Shown piece after piece: positions 52,190 through 64,000 of a stretch of 64,000 bases of DNA (positions are counted from its first letter, which is position 1; each line of letters opens with the position of its first letter). The stretch is from Nemertoderma westbladi. Lineage: Eukaryota; Animalia; Xenacoelomorpha. A program made the position numbers and the translations under genes. Below the pieces are notes generated by a model. That model was not told where the DNA came from. It did no database searches and saw only the letters and a program-made list of their open reading frames with translations. The stretch spans positions 1 to 64,000 of the forward strand of contig JAUCBJ010008622.1 in NCBI GenBank assembly GCA_032718475.1. The letters run 5' to 3'.

Positions 52190-53710
52190 TACAATTACTA
52201 GGATTGGCATGGTGCATTGCTGCTGCATTTTTAAGAATGAGGTGTTGGCTTTTCGACAAAATTGCACCACCACAACTCCCTATCACCCATGACATTTGCT
52301 AGATCATCTGCATCTTCAAGGCTAGTGTCCTTTAAGATGCGTCTCAAGAAAGTCAGCAAGAAAGTCAAGAAAGCTGTCCACCATGCTAATTCACACCATG
52401 AGGCTGCCAAATTACTATGAATATTACTATTAAATTACAAGTTGGTAGATTATGCATTGGCTGGTCCTCACAGCGAAAGCAATGTCCTGCAAAGCGGAGG
52501 TGACTCTGTTCTAGTGTCAAGATTGGGGGAACCAATGAGACACCTCCAATATTATATAGTGTCTGGTTGGAGATGTGTGCATTGTACTTGACACAATGAA
52601 CTCGGTGTAGCATTCTTGTGAATGTGCCATCTTGAGATTTGGTATCCTTAGCAGTTAGAGACCGGCATGGACTCCATTAGAAGAGTACTGAAACTACTGC
52701 TGCTCCAAATAATCAGACCTTAAGTTTCTGATTAATTCCTTTCCCTTACATTTTCGAAGGTCCTCACCTGACTTCCGGATCCACGATCCCAGGTAACAGA
52801 AGTCGTCATCATGTTCAAGCATACCATCCTTTGAGCTTATGCTCTTCCCGTCAGAGACTTACCGAGGACTTTCAATGTTAACTGTCAAAATTTTGGTCTT
52901 TTTGGATTTAATAAAAAGACCAACACTAGACTCAGCCTGTTCTAATGAGCCGAGGAGCCGTTTGGCTCCCTCTAGTGATTCTGAAGGTACTACTAAGACA
53001 TCCGCAAAGTCTAGATCAGTTAGATACTTGGCAGGATTTCCTCGACTTCTGGAGCCATTAGGTGGAGTTACAATCACTCCATGATCATTATGATGATCTA
53101 AGGACACGCGTAGAACATAGTCAACCACAATTATGAACAAGAATGGCGCAAGTGTGACTCCTTGGAGGACTCCCCATAATACTTCAAATGGTTCTGTGTC
53201 ACCATCAACAGTAGACACAAATATTGTTGAGCCATCGTATACTGATCTGATTGCTGCAAAAATTTCATCAGAAATACCAGATAATGAAAGTATACTGAAC
53301 ATACGTGAACGAGAGACTGAATCAAAGGCCTTGAAGAAGTCAAAAAGATAACAGCCAATTGCCTGTCTTTCTTTTTTGATAACTCTTCAATTATTAAGTC
53401 TTTAATTAAGTGCCAAAATTGACTCCATGGTCCCATGACCTTTACGGAACCCAGAAAAATAAAATTATATTGTATAGCTTTGCAGCAATCAAGATCAATG
53501 AGATTCCCCGAAGTGAACCATATAGTGTTAGGTTGCCCTTCATGGGAACTGGCACCAACTTATTTTTTTTTTCATTTCTTGTGGGACTCTTGTTGTATGT
53601 AGGGTATCAGGCAATACCCTGTCATTATTGAGGAGCTTTTCAAAGTGGGCCTTCCAACCATTGAGGCGATCAGCTGGTGATTCTACCTTAACCTTGGTGG
53701 TTGGTAGGCT
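52190..53710 (-). mobile_element. RTE-clade LINE, decayed (copy 3)
   Basis: High nucleotide similarity to 14385-16045 (GVLQGVTLAPFLF, LDFADV, LRFAGHCFR). Confidence 0.93.
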
Positions 53711-53779
53711 TTAGGGTATTAAAAACCAGGCATGTGATTGTTCATTTAACTGTTCATTTAAATTTGTTTAAATAACTAT

Positions 53780-54350
53780 TCATTAGTTGATATCAAGGAA
53801 GGCAAATTTCCAAATTCGCGTGGCTGAACAGTGAACATCTGTTCAAATATCAGGTTGTGATGTTTCGGGGTAGAGTTTATGTGATGAATCGAATGGGTTT
53901 TGGATTAGAATTCGCTCGGAAAGTATTAGAAACAATTATTGAAGATATATTATTTTCAGTGCATAATTATCCAAATTCAGCGGTGGATGGTATGTAGATG
54001 ACATTGATTGTGAAGAAGATATCATATCGGTTAATCAAGTGAAAAAATTTGGTTTGACATTGAAACCTGCAGTTAGTATTGATAATAATGATGTGCTGGG
54101 GTTACATTTCTACAAAGAATATTGAATTTTAAAGTGGTGCCACCATGAGAAAAATGATCTTGCTCGGCAACTATTTAATATGACAAGACGATAATTGCAC
54201 TGTTAGCACTGCACTGGGGTGTTAGAATGGCTGCCCACTTTTCAGTTTGCATTTGGCTGGCTATGTTTGTCATTTAACTGGTTGAAGCGGCAGTGTAAAG
54301 GTGATTGGGACGAGGTTACAAATACATCATTAGAATCATTCATAAGAATC
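53780..54350 (+). mobile_element. highly decayed LTR-type RT fragment
   Basis: LVDIKE, YVMNRMGFGL, YVDDI across broken frames. Confidence 0.5.
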
Positions 54351-55221
54351 ATAAGAATCATTCAGAAGAAATCTACCCTTTGCCTGAGTAATACATCAAA
54401 TCCAGACAGATCAGTTGACAGCAACTATCTACAGAGCTAACTGGTACTGATAGCTAGTATGGTAAAGTCACGGAATGTGCCATTTGCACTTAGTGTACCT
54501 GAGCACCAACTACTAGCACCAGCTCGCACCTGTAAATCGTGCAGGTCAACTGTGGGGTATCCGTCTGGATCCAAGGTATTTGCTCCTAAATTTTATGGCG
54601 TCCCAGGACGTCCCAGGTATTACCTTGGTGTGGGTGGGTAGTCTTAATAAAGGGCTTGCTGTGCATAACCGAATGTATGTGGGCGTTAGTGCGGGTTCCT
54701 TATGCGTCCTGTAGACATCCCTCCCCCTTGTGTCACTGTCGTCTAAAGGTTTAGGCAGCCATTCGTCTAATGTTTGGCAGGGGTTTCCAGATAAGATACG
54801 TTAAAACTTACATAGTTAAAGTTTTTAAGTATATTTTAACGTAAAGCAGAATACAAAACTAAACATTTACAAGTTTACTAATTGTAACAAGTATTTTAAC
54901 AAGTATTTGCAAGTTTTGCTAAGTGAAGTGATAACTAAAGGATAAAGCACCTTTTATAGTAAAATCGGATGTGGAATGGAATTCTATAATTATATATTAG
55001 ATATATAATTATATATTCTAATCGTTCTATATGTTCTATGACATTCTTAAAAGCCGCATTGGCCCAATAAATTATTAAACACAATATGTAATCATCTCAT
55101 TGATCCAGCTAATCAGAATCCAAATTTGTACGCATAGCATTTATTCAACTACTATGTATAAAACCAGATAGGCGGTATATTTAAATTCGAAATAAACCAT
55201 TACAAAAATACGAATTCTCTA

Positions 55222-55292
55222 AATGAGATTCGAACTCTATAGCTAACATATACACGACCTACGAACTAACCTACTGGGCTAATGGACCATCT
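55222..55292 (-). mobile_element. tRNA-derived SINE-like head
   Basis: A-box TAGCCCAGTAGG and B-box GAGTTCGAATC on the minus strand. No full cloverleaf. Confidence 0.4.
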
Positions 55293-56490
55293 AATGTATC
55301 TCTGTAAAATACGTTAGATATTACAAAGTTTTTTTTTACATAGTTTTTTAAAGAAAATAAAGAATAAATGTCGTAATTTTTAAATTTTTTATACAAACTA
55401 AACTACAAATTGCTACTTAAATGAAATAATTTCACAGGCCCAACTTACAGTTAAAACAAAACTTAGGTGTAATAGGGTGTCCGACAAAATTTGATACTTT
55501 TTATTTTTTGATTTGTGCAGCTCCATATTAATGATTTTCAGTAATTATGGTGTCATTGGATAGATGGAAAGTGCTATTTTGTGTAAACTGATGATAAAAC
55601 ATGAAATAGAGTAACCAACATGGATTGTTTTAATATTCTAATTACATACATAAATACTGTATGATTCAAGGTATTAAATGTTCTAATAGACATCAATATG
55701 CACTCCTCCAACTCTCTGAACTTTGAGTAACCTAGCAGATATTTCATTAATAGAGCAGTAATTATTATGTACTGTATTGTAATTATCTGGAATTAACCAT
55801 TAAATTTAAATTCCAGACATATTTTGAATTTCTGTGTTGTTTTTTTTTAATTCCAGATTGTCCGGAATTAACCAGGGATTCCTGTTAAATTCCGGACAAG
55901 TTGAAGTTTTAAAAAAAACCTAAAAAAAAAAATACATTTTGTACTTTAAAAGTAATTGATGAATAAAAGGGGCAATAATATCAAAACAGAATGCCCAAAT
56001 GTACAGAAATTGATATCATTGTTTACAAGGAGTACAATTAGTTGTCTAGATGATCGAGGTTTTGTCCAGAATTACCCCATTTTTGTCCAGAATTACCCCA
56101 AACTACCCTAATTCATTTCTAATGACTACTTACATCAAACAATTATTTAAACATTCTATATAGGTAGGTTAGTTACATACTATAAATAAGGAGGAACGTA
56201 TATATTGTAAATACATAATTTCCTTTTATGTTTTTAATGAACATAAAATATAAAACCAAGCATTATTAAATTCACAAGCAATCAAATAATTTTAATAAGT
56301 TAATAAATAAATAAATTAATTAATAATAATAATTTAACAATTAATATGACATTATAAATAGGGTACAATTGAAACAGTAGACTCTGATTACAGCTGCGCT
56401 GGTAAATACAGCTGATATATATGTGTGTAAAATAATGTAGCCCAGAATATTATTATAATTATTATTTGAATAAGTACTATATATTCGTAC

Positions 56491-56820
56491 CTGTTGTTGT
56501 TGGAACTGTAGTTGTAGCTGCGGTTGTAGGAACTGTAGTTGTAGCTGCGGTTGTAGGAACTGTAGTTGTAGCTGCGGTTGTAGGAACTGTAGTTGGAGCT
56601 GTGGTTGTAGGAACTGTAGTTGTAGCTGCGGTTGTAGGAACTGTAGTTGGAGCTGTGGTTGTAGGAACTGTAGTTGGAGCTGCGGTTGTAGGAACTGTAG
56701 TTGGAGCTGTGGTTGTAGGAACTGTAGTTGTAGCTGCGGTTGTAGGAACTGTAGTTGGAGCTGTGGTTGTAGGAACTGTAGTTGGAGCTGTGGTTGTAGG
56801 AACTGTAGTTGTAGATGAAA
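56491..56820 (-). CDS. mucin exon made of near-perfect 24-nt repeats (TTVPTT[T/A]A[P/T]-like)
   Basis: Acceptor TATTTCAG|TTTC, donor ACAG|GTACGA; 330 nt, phase 1-1, open frame. Confidence 0.8.
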
Positions 56821-56929
56821 CTGAAATATATAAAATGTAAATAAAACATATTAGAATAGAATTGTAATATTATTCGTAATAGTAGAAATAAGGTTATATA
56901 TAAAGTAAAATGTAAATATATTACCACTC

Positions 56930-57170
56930 TCAGTTAAACCCACCAGCTGGAGAAGAATGTGCAGATGAGTACTCCAGGATCGCTTTGAAGGAGTCGCCAA
57001 GCGGAAGGATGAGTTAGAATGGGTAATTAACTCGCCCTTCTTCGACCCAGGCAGCCCTGTAAATGTCCCATTCTCTCGCACCGAAGTTGAGCTTTGTATA
57101 AATAAACTAAAACTTGAAAAGGCAGTGGGAATTGATTCCATCCCTAATGAAGTTTTACAACACACATCAT
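56930..57170 (+). mobile_element. short LINE ORF2 fragment
   Basis: PFSRTEVELCINKLKLEKAVGIDSIPNEVL is the typical pre-RT motif. Confidence 0.65.
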
Positions 57171-57302
57171 TATTATCTGATTATTATCTCTAAACTGACC
57201 TACTGCTGCCGGCCCCAGGCCACAGGCTGCCAGGTAGGCGGAAATTATCTGATTATCTACCGTACACTGATACTGCAGTACCGGTACGGACGAAATTTCT
57301 CA

Positions 57303-57600
57303 GTTGGTAACTGCCCCTGGCGGATGTAGGACAGAGTCGCCTACATCCATTTATTTGGTGAAGACACCAGGAGCAGTGAGTCCCAACCTCTTATAATTAA
57401 TTATAAACCCTCAATCAGTCGGTATACCGTATTTCTCAGTTGGTAACTGCCTCTGGCGAATGCAGGACAGAGTCGCCTACATCCACTTATTACTTAGCGA
57501 TATTATTTTCGCTGTGTTGGTAACTGTTCCTGGTGGGTTCAGGACGAGTCGCCTGTAATCCGTATATTTGGAGAAGCAGCCAGGTTCAGTGATTCCCAAC
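57303..57600 (+). other. repeated structured-RNA-like motif in the LINE 5' UTR (two full copies, one partial)
   Basis: GTTGGTAACTG...CCTGG...[hairpin]...CCAGG...CAGTGAnTCCCAAC at 57303-57387 and 57516-57600; partial at 57439-57486. Confidence 0.6.
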
Positions 57601-57617
57601 TTTTACAACCTGAAATA

Positions 57618-58893
57618 ATGAATGACAATCCAGCAATCTCAGCCTCAAATAACAAAATACCGGGAGGCAAGACAATTCCAAGATCGCCACTAGCGAGTAG
57701 AATTGTGCAGCATGGCGCGGATGGGGAGCGTCCCTACACATGGAGTCAGGGACCTGTTGAGAGAGAAAGCGATGTGTCGACAGAGGAATCCCCCGAGTCG
57801 ATGGAAAACCAAATCAATTCACGTATAAATAAACCTTCAAAGTTGAGAAGTAAACAGTTCGGGTCTTCGAACAAAACATTGGAACCAACAACTTCCGAGT
57901 CGATGGATAATCCTTCTGAGTCGACGGATAAACCTTCCGAGTCAACGGATAATCCATCGATGGATTAACCTTCTGAGTCAACGGATAAACCTTCCGAGTC
58001 AACGGATAAACCTTCCGAGTTGATGGATAAACTCTCCAAGTCGGCGGATACACCTTCCAAGTCGATGGATAATCCTTCCGAATCGATGGATAAACCTTCC
58101 AAGTCGACGGATAAACCTCACGAGTCCGCGGATAAACCTTCCGAGTCGACGGACAAACCTTCCGACAAGTCCACGGATAAACTTCCCGAGTCAACAGATA
58201 AACTTTCCGTGTTGACAGATATACCTCCCAAGCACACGAATGAACCTTCCGAGTCGGCGGATAAACCTCCCGAGACGATGGATAAACCTTCCGAGTCGAC
58301 ACAATATCGTTCCGAGTCGATGGAAAAACCTGCCAAGTTGACGGATAAACTTTCCGAGTTGATGGATAAATCTTCCGAGTCGACGGATAAAGTTTCCAAG
58401 TCGACCAAAAAACCTCCCGAGTACACGGATAAACCTTCCGAGGCGATGGATATACATTCCGAGTCGACGGAGAAACCTTCCAGGCTGAAGGATAAAGCAT
58501 CAGAGTGGACAGATAAAACTTCCAATATGACTGACGAACCCCACGAGTCATCTATGATACATGCCGAACCTTCAAATAACAACTTAATGATTAACAATTT
58601 CAATGATAAATCTCTACAGGTACCAGTAAGCAGTATGCCTGATGAATCTGTTTATGAAGTATTTTCATGCAACCCATCTAAGATAAAGGTTGATATTTCT
58701 AAATTAATCAGACAATATTTAATATCGCTGCCTCAGGTTTGTAAAACCAGTCCTGGAATCATTATTCCAAGTCGTGAGGACTTGTGGACGTTGGAACCAC
58801 CGAGATGGCTTGTTGACTCTATAATTTATGGCTTTATGGGCTTACTGGAAAGGCAGTATGATATTTCTTTGCAGCCATATTTAGTCAACTTGG
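57618..58893 (+). pseudogene. Ulp1-type ORF1, copy 2, N-terminal part: (SESTDKP)n repeat and start of Ulp1
   Basis: ATG 57618; in-frame TAA at 57966 within the 21-nt repeat; DLWTLEPPRWLVDSIIYGFMGLLE; frameshift near 58865. Confidence 0.8.
57895..58550 (+). repeat. 21-nt coding tandem repeat (SESTDKP)n, about 30 units
   Basis: TCCGAGTCGACGGATAAACCT repeated. Confidence 0.95.
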
Positions 58894-59149
58894 CAGTCTG
58901 GTCCACTAGCCCAAGCGGGAAACAATTGTTGTTCCCGATCGGGAAAATTGCAATTGCCCGATTGGGAAATAATGAATTTATATCAAAGCAACTATAATTT
59001 AACATTTCCAGATTAATGTTAGGCTGTTTACTTTACAATTGGGTATTTCTTATGTTTATTGTGGTAGGCCAATGATTCTTAATATAATATATATATTAAA
59101 CTGTTAAATTCAATAGTGATATTATTATTTATTATGTCTCCTAAAAGAA

Positions 59150-60875
59150 CTTTTGAGTGCACTGTACTAAATCATGGTTACATTCAACAACGGGTTGCTA
59201 ATAATGAATTTCAATTTCATGAAGATTTTAAAGTAATGAACGTTAAACATCGACATGGAAAATGGCGAGTAATCGAGTATATGTCATCATAAATGTTGTT
59301 TCATCACGTGTTACGTATATTTGCAATGTCTGTCATGGATATTATGAAGAAAAATTGAACCAACAAACTGGGAGTGGCTCAAAAGACCAAGAAATAATAT
59401 CAACATCAACATCAACAGAAAATATTGTTGAGATGGAAAGCATAATAGCTACAGAACAAGTGGTAGTTGAAACTGCAGATGAAACTGCATCAAACGAATC
59501 TGATTTTTTATCAACACTAGTTAACCAAATTATAAATGAAATCAAAGATGCACTTAATGAATCTCTCCCAATAAAAACAACTGACAACCTAATTTACTCA
59601 TCCGATTTATACTGCCCTAATGGAAAATTGAAAATGTTATTATTATCACCACTATGTAATATTACTGGTGATCATAAGAAATATAACCGCAACTTGTATA
59701 GAATGAATAAAATTGTTGACCTTCTATTTTCTTGTCATGATAATGTGGGAAAATTGACACACAGGAAAGTGTAGTCTGCTATTCTGTCGATAGTTAGTTC
59801 CAAATTTGGTGCAATATTAAGATCATACACATCATCAGCAGCCAGCTATACAAAAATACTTAACATTTTGGAAAACTCATCTTCTCTTAAGAAGTTACCT
59901 AAGGGTGACATTACAATAGCTTTAGATAACTTTCAGTTTCTTGGTAAAACATATCATATATACACAAATAAACAACCTTTAGCAAAAGTGTGCTCTGTCA
60001 TGAGTCATCTACATTCCCCACAACTACATATAACTAATCAACTGACATACATTGATCTGAGTAATACAATGCTCGATGACTTGGTTTCCGACTATTTTCA
60101 AGAGTTTGCTAATACACACAACAAGTTTAGGAATGCTTTCATTTCTCAAGAAATATCTGAAGTTTTGCATGATTATTACCCTGACAAACAATTCAAACAT
60201 AGTTCATCGTTTTGTGATGGAACATATAATATACTCTACAAAGCAGTTGATGTTGGTCCAGTGATCAAACTACCAATCCAAGTCAATGTTGAACTACATA
60301 GCCTGCTAAAAAGTATTGAACAATATGGAATGCCCCGCGATATGCAGAAATGGACTCAATTATATGGTAGCCTTGGGTCAATTATCGATCTATGACAGAA
60401 TTTATTTGCTACTTTGGATAGACCAGACTTTAAAGATGCTTTCAAAAAGTACACAAAGTCATACATTACTAAAATGAAATGTGCACTACAGGAATGGCAA
60501 GAAGAGGTCCGGAATTCAGATGTAATTCACTCAGGAGTCTCTTCCGATGAGGTTATAGGGCTTTCTGAAACTTTGGCTGATGAACATCTCACCTTTTATG
60601 ATGTCGGAAAAACAAGAATTAAAAAAGCTGTAATGAAAATATTACACAATGGACCACGTTTTACTCAGGTCGATAAGCTTCCAGTTGTACCAGTTACACA
60701 AACTGAGGAGATATACATGTCGTATGTTGATAGTTTGACTAAAGTCGAATTAGAGAAGACAGCCAAAGTAGAAATTGATAAGCTACCAATTTCTGAAAAA
60801 CGTTTGTATATAGAAAAACTTAATAAAGCTAAAACAAAGGATGATCTGTTGGAAATTGTGCATAGTTTACTTTGA
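59150..60875 (+). pseudogene. putative transposase remnant
   Basis: ORFs 59262-59774, 59868-60395 and 60414-60875 share one frame, separated by stops. Includes YICNVC and GDITIALDNFQFLGKTY. Confidence 0.5.
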
Positions 60876-61393
60876 AGGTTAACAATAAGTTTAATTGCAG
60901 TAAAAGTACACTTTTTATATGGTAGAAGACCTATTTATAATTATTGGAATTAAAATTTGTTACAGTTTGCAATAATAACATATCGTATTATATGCTAAAA
61001 ACCAGTTTGTTTACAATGTGCAGTCACCACTATACTCATATATCCTTTATTAGCCTCATTGCGCTTGTCCTAAAGGCAAATTCTACTTGGAAAATTTCTA
61101 AAATTTTGCTAAACTTCATGTGTACCCAGTTTGGTTAGATTTAATCGAGGGTTGGCTGATTCTTTAATGGTACCTCTATGCTAAGGCTCACCTTACTTCG
61201 TGGCTCGCCCCATGACAATACCAATATTCAGGAAACTCAGTTAATGTTCTTTTTATGGCGAAGGAAATTATATAAGGAATGGCAAATTTGTGATGTTTGA
61301 CAATTATAAAAAAAAATAACAATAATTCAAAATCTACTATATAAAGTTTATACCTAAATTATAGATAACACAACTTCAACTTTACAATAACGG

Positions 61394-62544
61394 TTATAGT
61401 CTAAACTGTTTCAACAAATCTTTTTGTTTTCTCAATAAAATATAGTTAAAACATGAATTCGTAAGCTTTTTCATTGGAAGACCTATATGATTACGGCATA
61501 GGAAATGCATGCCATTAGTTTCGCTTTGTTTCAGTTTACGAAATCCAGTAGGCCCTACATTTTCCATGAAACCAAGAATTACATTTCTCACACTTTATCC
61601 AAAAGGAATCAAACCATTTATCCTCTGGTGACTGGTAGTACCGCTTGCACATCATACAACGATTTGCTGAGTATATAAAGTTTATACTTATATCATAGAT
61701 AAACCAAATTCAACTTTACAATAACAGTTGAGTATAAACGGTTTCAACAAATGTTTTTGTTATATTTCTCAATAAAATATAGTTAAATCATGAATTCTTT
61801 ATTTTCGAAGCTATTTCTTTGGAAGACCTTCTATATGATTACGGCATAGGAAATTCATGTCATTAGCTTCGCTTCGTTTCAGTTTGTAAAATCCAGTACA
61901 TTTTCCATGAAACCAAGAATTACATTTCTCATACTTTATCCAAAAGGAATCGAACCTTTTATCCTCTGGTGACTGGTAGTTTCGAAATGATCTGAGATAG
62001 TGCTCTTGATGTAATGGGGTTTTTACTCAGATCATCCCAAGACAATTGGCCACGGTGATGCTTTTCTTTCTGGCCAACATTCTTACGTCGAGTGGATGCT
62101 GTATTAGAATGGTCTTTAGCTGAAGATTCTATACTTCCTACTTCTATTACAGGCATTGTCAATATTTTCCAGCCACAGTCTCGTTTTTGTATAGGCTGCA
62201 GACAATTTGCATTATCTTTAGCTTTATTGCCTACCGGTATACGTTTATTTCGTTTAGGTGTCTGGTTCTCAACTACAGGTATTATGGGTGAACTTCTAGG
62301 GAATAATTGCACTACTGGTCACAGGATTACCAGTACCGGTACTTCTTAGAGTGGATCGCTTTTTGGTTATTCTGGCTGGAGTGCCAGCACCCGACGTGGA
62401 GCGGTTACTGGTTGCGGATCGTAGTTGAGGAGTTAACACTAACGTAGAACCAGAAAATGACGCATTACTAGTATTCAAAAAGGACCTCGAACTTGATAAA
62501 TCGAGTGGCGATTTTTGAGTTACAACTGATGAACTTTCCTCCAT
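61394..62544 (-). pseudogene. PHD-finger protein remnant, PHD segment duplicated
   Basis: WIKCEKCNSWFHGKC...FLCRNH at about 61490-61610 and again at about 61840-61950, preceded by Ser/Thr-rich ORFs. Confidence 0.6.
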
Positions 62545-63104
62545 TCTATTATAATAAACCTTACACTCAACTCTCAGAACTTTAGGGCATAGTCAGGCAG
62601 TAGATGGTAGGCTACTGCAACTGCAGTAAACATGGACCTGCCATTCCAGTCAGCCAGCAGACTGTTTGACAATATGGCCTATATTGTAGAGTGGTAGAGT
62701 GGTAGGTACTGTCAGACTGACTGACTGAACAGCTGAAGGTGCTAGCTATCCACTATCATTTATGAATATGAAGATATTGTAATGTTTCCTGATCTGGCAA
62801 TAAAACATTTATGAAAATATTAAAATGTTTCCCGATCTGGCAATAATAAATTTCCTGATCAGGAAACTTACCTTCTGACCTTATATTTAACATTGCAATT
62901 TAAAGCAGCAAAAGTACATAATGAGCATCAAACCCATTGGTCACTAGGGACAGGTGATTATCCCTACACCTCAACTGTATTGCGCATCCTAACCAGTCAA
63001 TGCGCAGAAATGTTTATGTTAATTTTTCCCGATCGGGAAACATTTATTGCCCAATCTGGAAATGTCTGTGTTTACCGATTGGGCTAGTGGACTAGACTGC
63101 TTGG

Positions 63105-64000
63105 GACTAAGCTGCAAGCTCAAAATTATGATATGCTGAGTGCTATTAAATATGTAGCTAATCGATACATGGGAATCAACAGAAAAAGAAAACCCATACT
63201 ACTTATTCTTCCTGAATGCACAAAAATTGGTTCTGTTAATAATAAATCAGGCAATAATCATTGGATTATACATATTGCGGATACAAAAGAAAAGAGAGTC
63301 AGTTGTTTGAACCCACTTGGCCATAATACACCTAATAAAACCACATTCGAGTTTGCAAAAATATTATCTGAAATAGACGCTCTGAATCCAACTTACACAT
63401 CATCGACTGACAAGTGGTTGGTGACAGTAAGTTCTCACAATTACACAAAACAGCAGAATGGAAATGATTGTGGCGTGTTTATTTGTTTCTATGCTTTGAG
63501 CTTGGCTCAATCTCTAAAAACTGTACCAACCATGCTGAGGACTGATATCACAGGTACCAACACCAGGCAGTGGCTTCTTGCTTGTTTCCAAGCCTGTAAA
63601 TTAGTTGAAGATGAAAATTTCTACACTTCCGATATCGATAAGGAAACTGTAATTTCGCCACAATCACAAGATGATATTAATTTGGAATCAGTGCCTTTGT
63701 CCCGATACTCATCGACAAATAATAATACAATATTAACCTCAGACATACGAGTAAATGAAACACAATTAGATAATACTTATGTTTATGATCAAATGCAGAA
63801 GCCACGAAAACTTGCAATTGCGTCTCTTATGGAGAAAGGAGATCGGGAGAAAGAAAATGTAAGAATAAATATTTTTAATAGAATTAGGTCATTATTATCA
63901 CCGGTACAAGCTATGTCATTAAAACTAAAAGCCCGGGTATCTTCATATGAATTGGCCATCGATATTTATGAATTAATGCGAGTCTTATATGAGAATTATT
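63105..64000 (+). CDS. Ulp1-type ORF1, copy 2, continuation (open to window end; missed by the ORF track)
   Basis: TKLQAQNYDMLSAIKYVANRY...NHWIIHIADTKEKRVSCLNPLG...KQQNGNDCGVFICFY...LLSPVQAMSLKL...AIDIYELM, colinear with 32745-34010. Confidence 0.88.

Larger units (their letters stand above)
58894..63099. mobile_element. 4.2-kb TIR DNA transposon, tentatively Academ-like, with convergent decayed genes
   Basis: CTTGG|CAGTCTGGTCCACTAGCCCAA ... TTGGGCTAGTGGACTAGACTG|CTTGG. Subterminal TTCCCGATCGGGAA palindromes at both ends. Confidence 0.85.

Noticed and set aside
58894-63099. ProtoRAG/RAG-like transposon
   Set aside because: No CAC heptamer ends and no recognisable RAG1 core or kelch repeats.

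Overview
Eukaryotic (probably invertebrate) genomic DNA that is mostly nested, decayed transposable elements. Host genes: an intronless SLC18B1-like MFS transporter (1505-2822, minus) and the 3' part of a spliced mucin-like, probably GPI-anchored gene (minus; exons at 56491-56820, 40960-43368 and 38670-39400). Retroelements: three RTE LINE copies, CR1/L2-type LINEs, two BEL/Pao, a GalEa-like Copia, a Gypsy and a Penelope-like element. DNA transposons with readable TIRs/TSDs: Kolobok-like, piggyBac-like (three), hAT, Harbinger, pogo and an Academ-like element. Main finding: two divergent copies of a LINE lineage whose very long ORF1 reads Ser-rich tandem repeat, then a Ulp1/SENP (C48) cysteine protease, then a shared helical block. 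Copy 1 (28551-36592, TSD-bounded) continues through a coiled coil and RRM-like end into APE-RT. Copy 2 (57618 to window end) is split by a 4.2-kb TIR transposon and has a repeated, covarying RNA-structure motif just before its start codon. Family assignments come from motif recognition by eye; no database searches were run.
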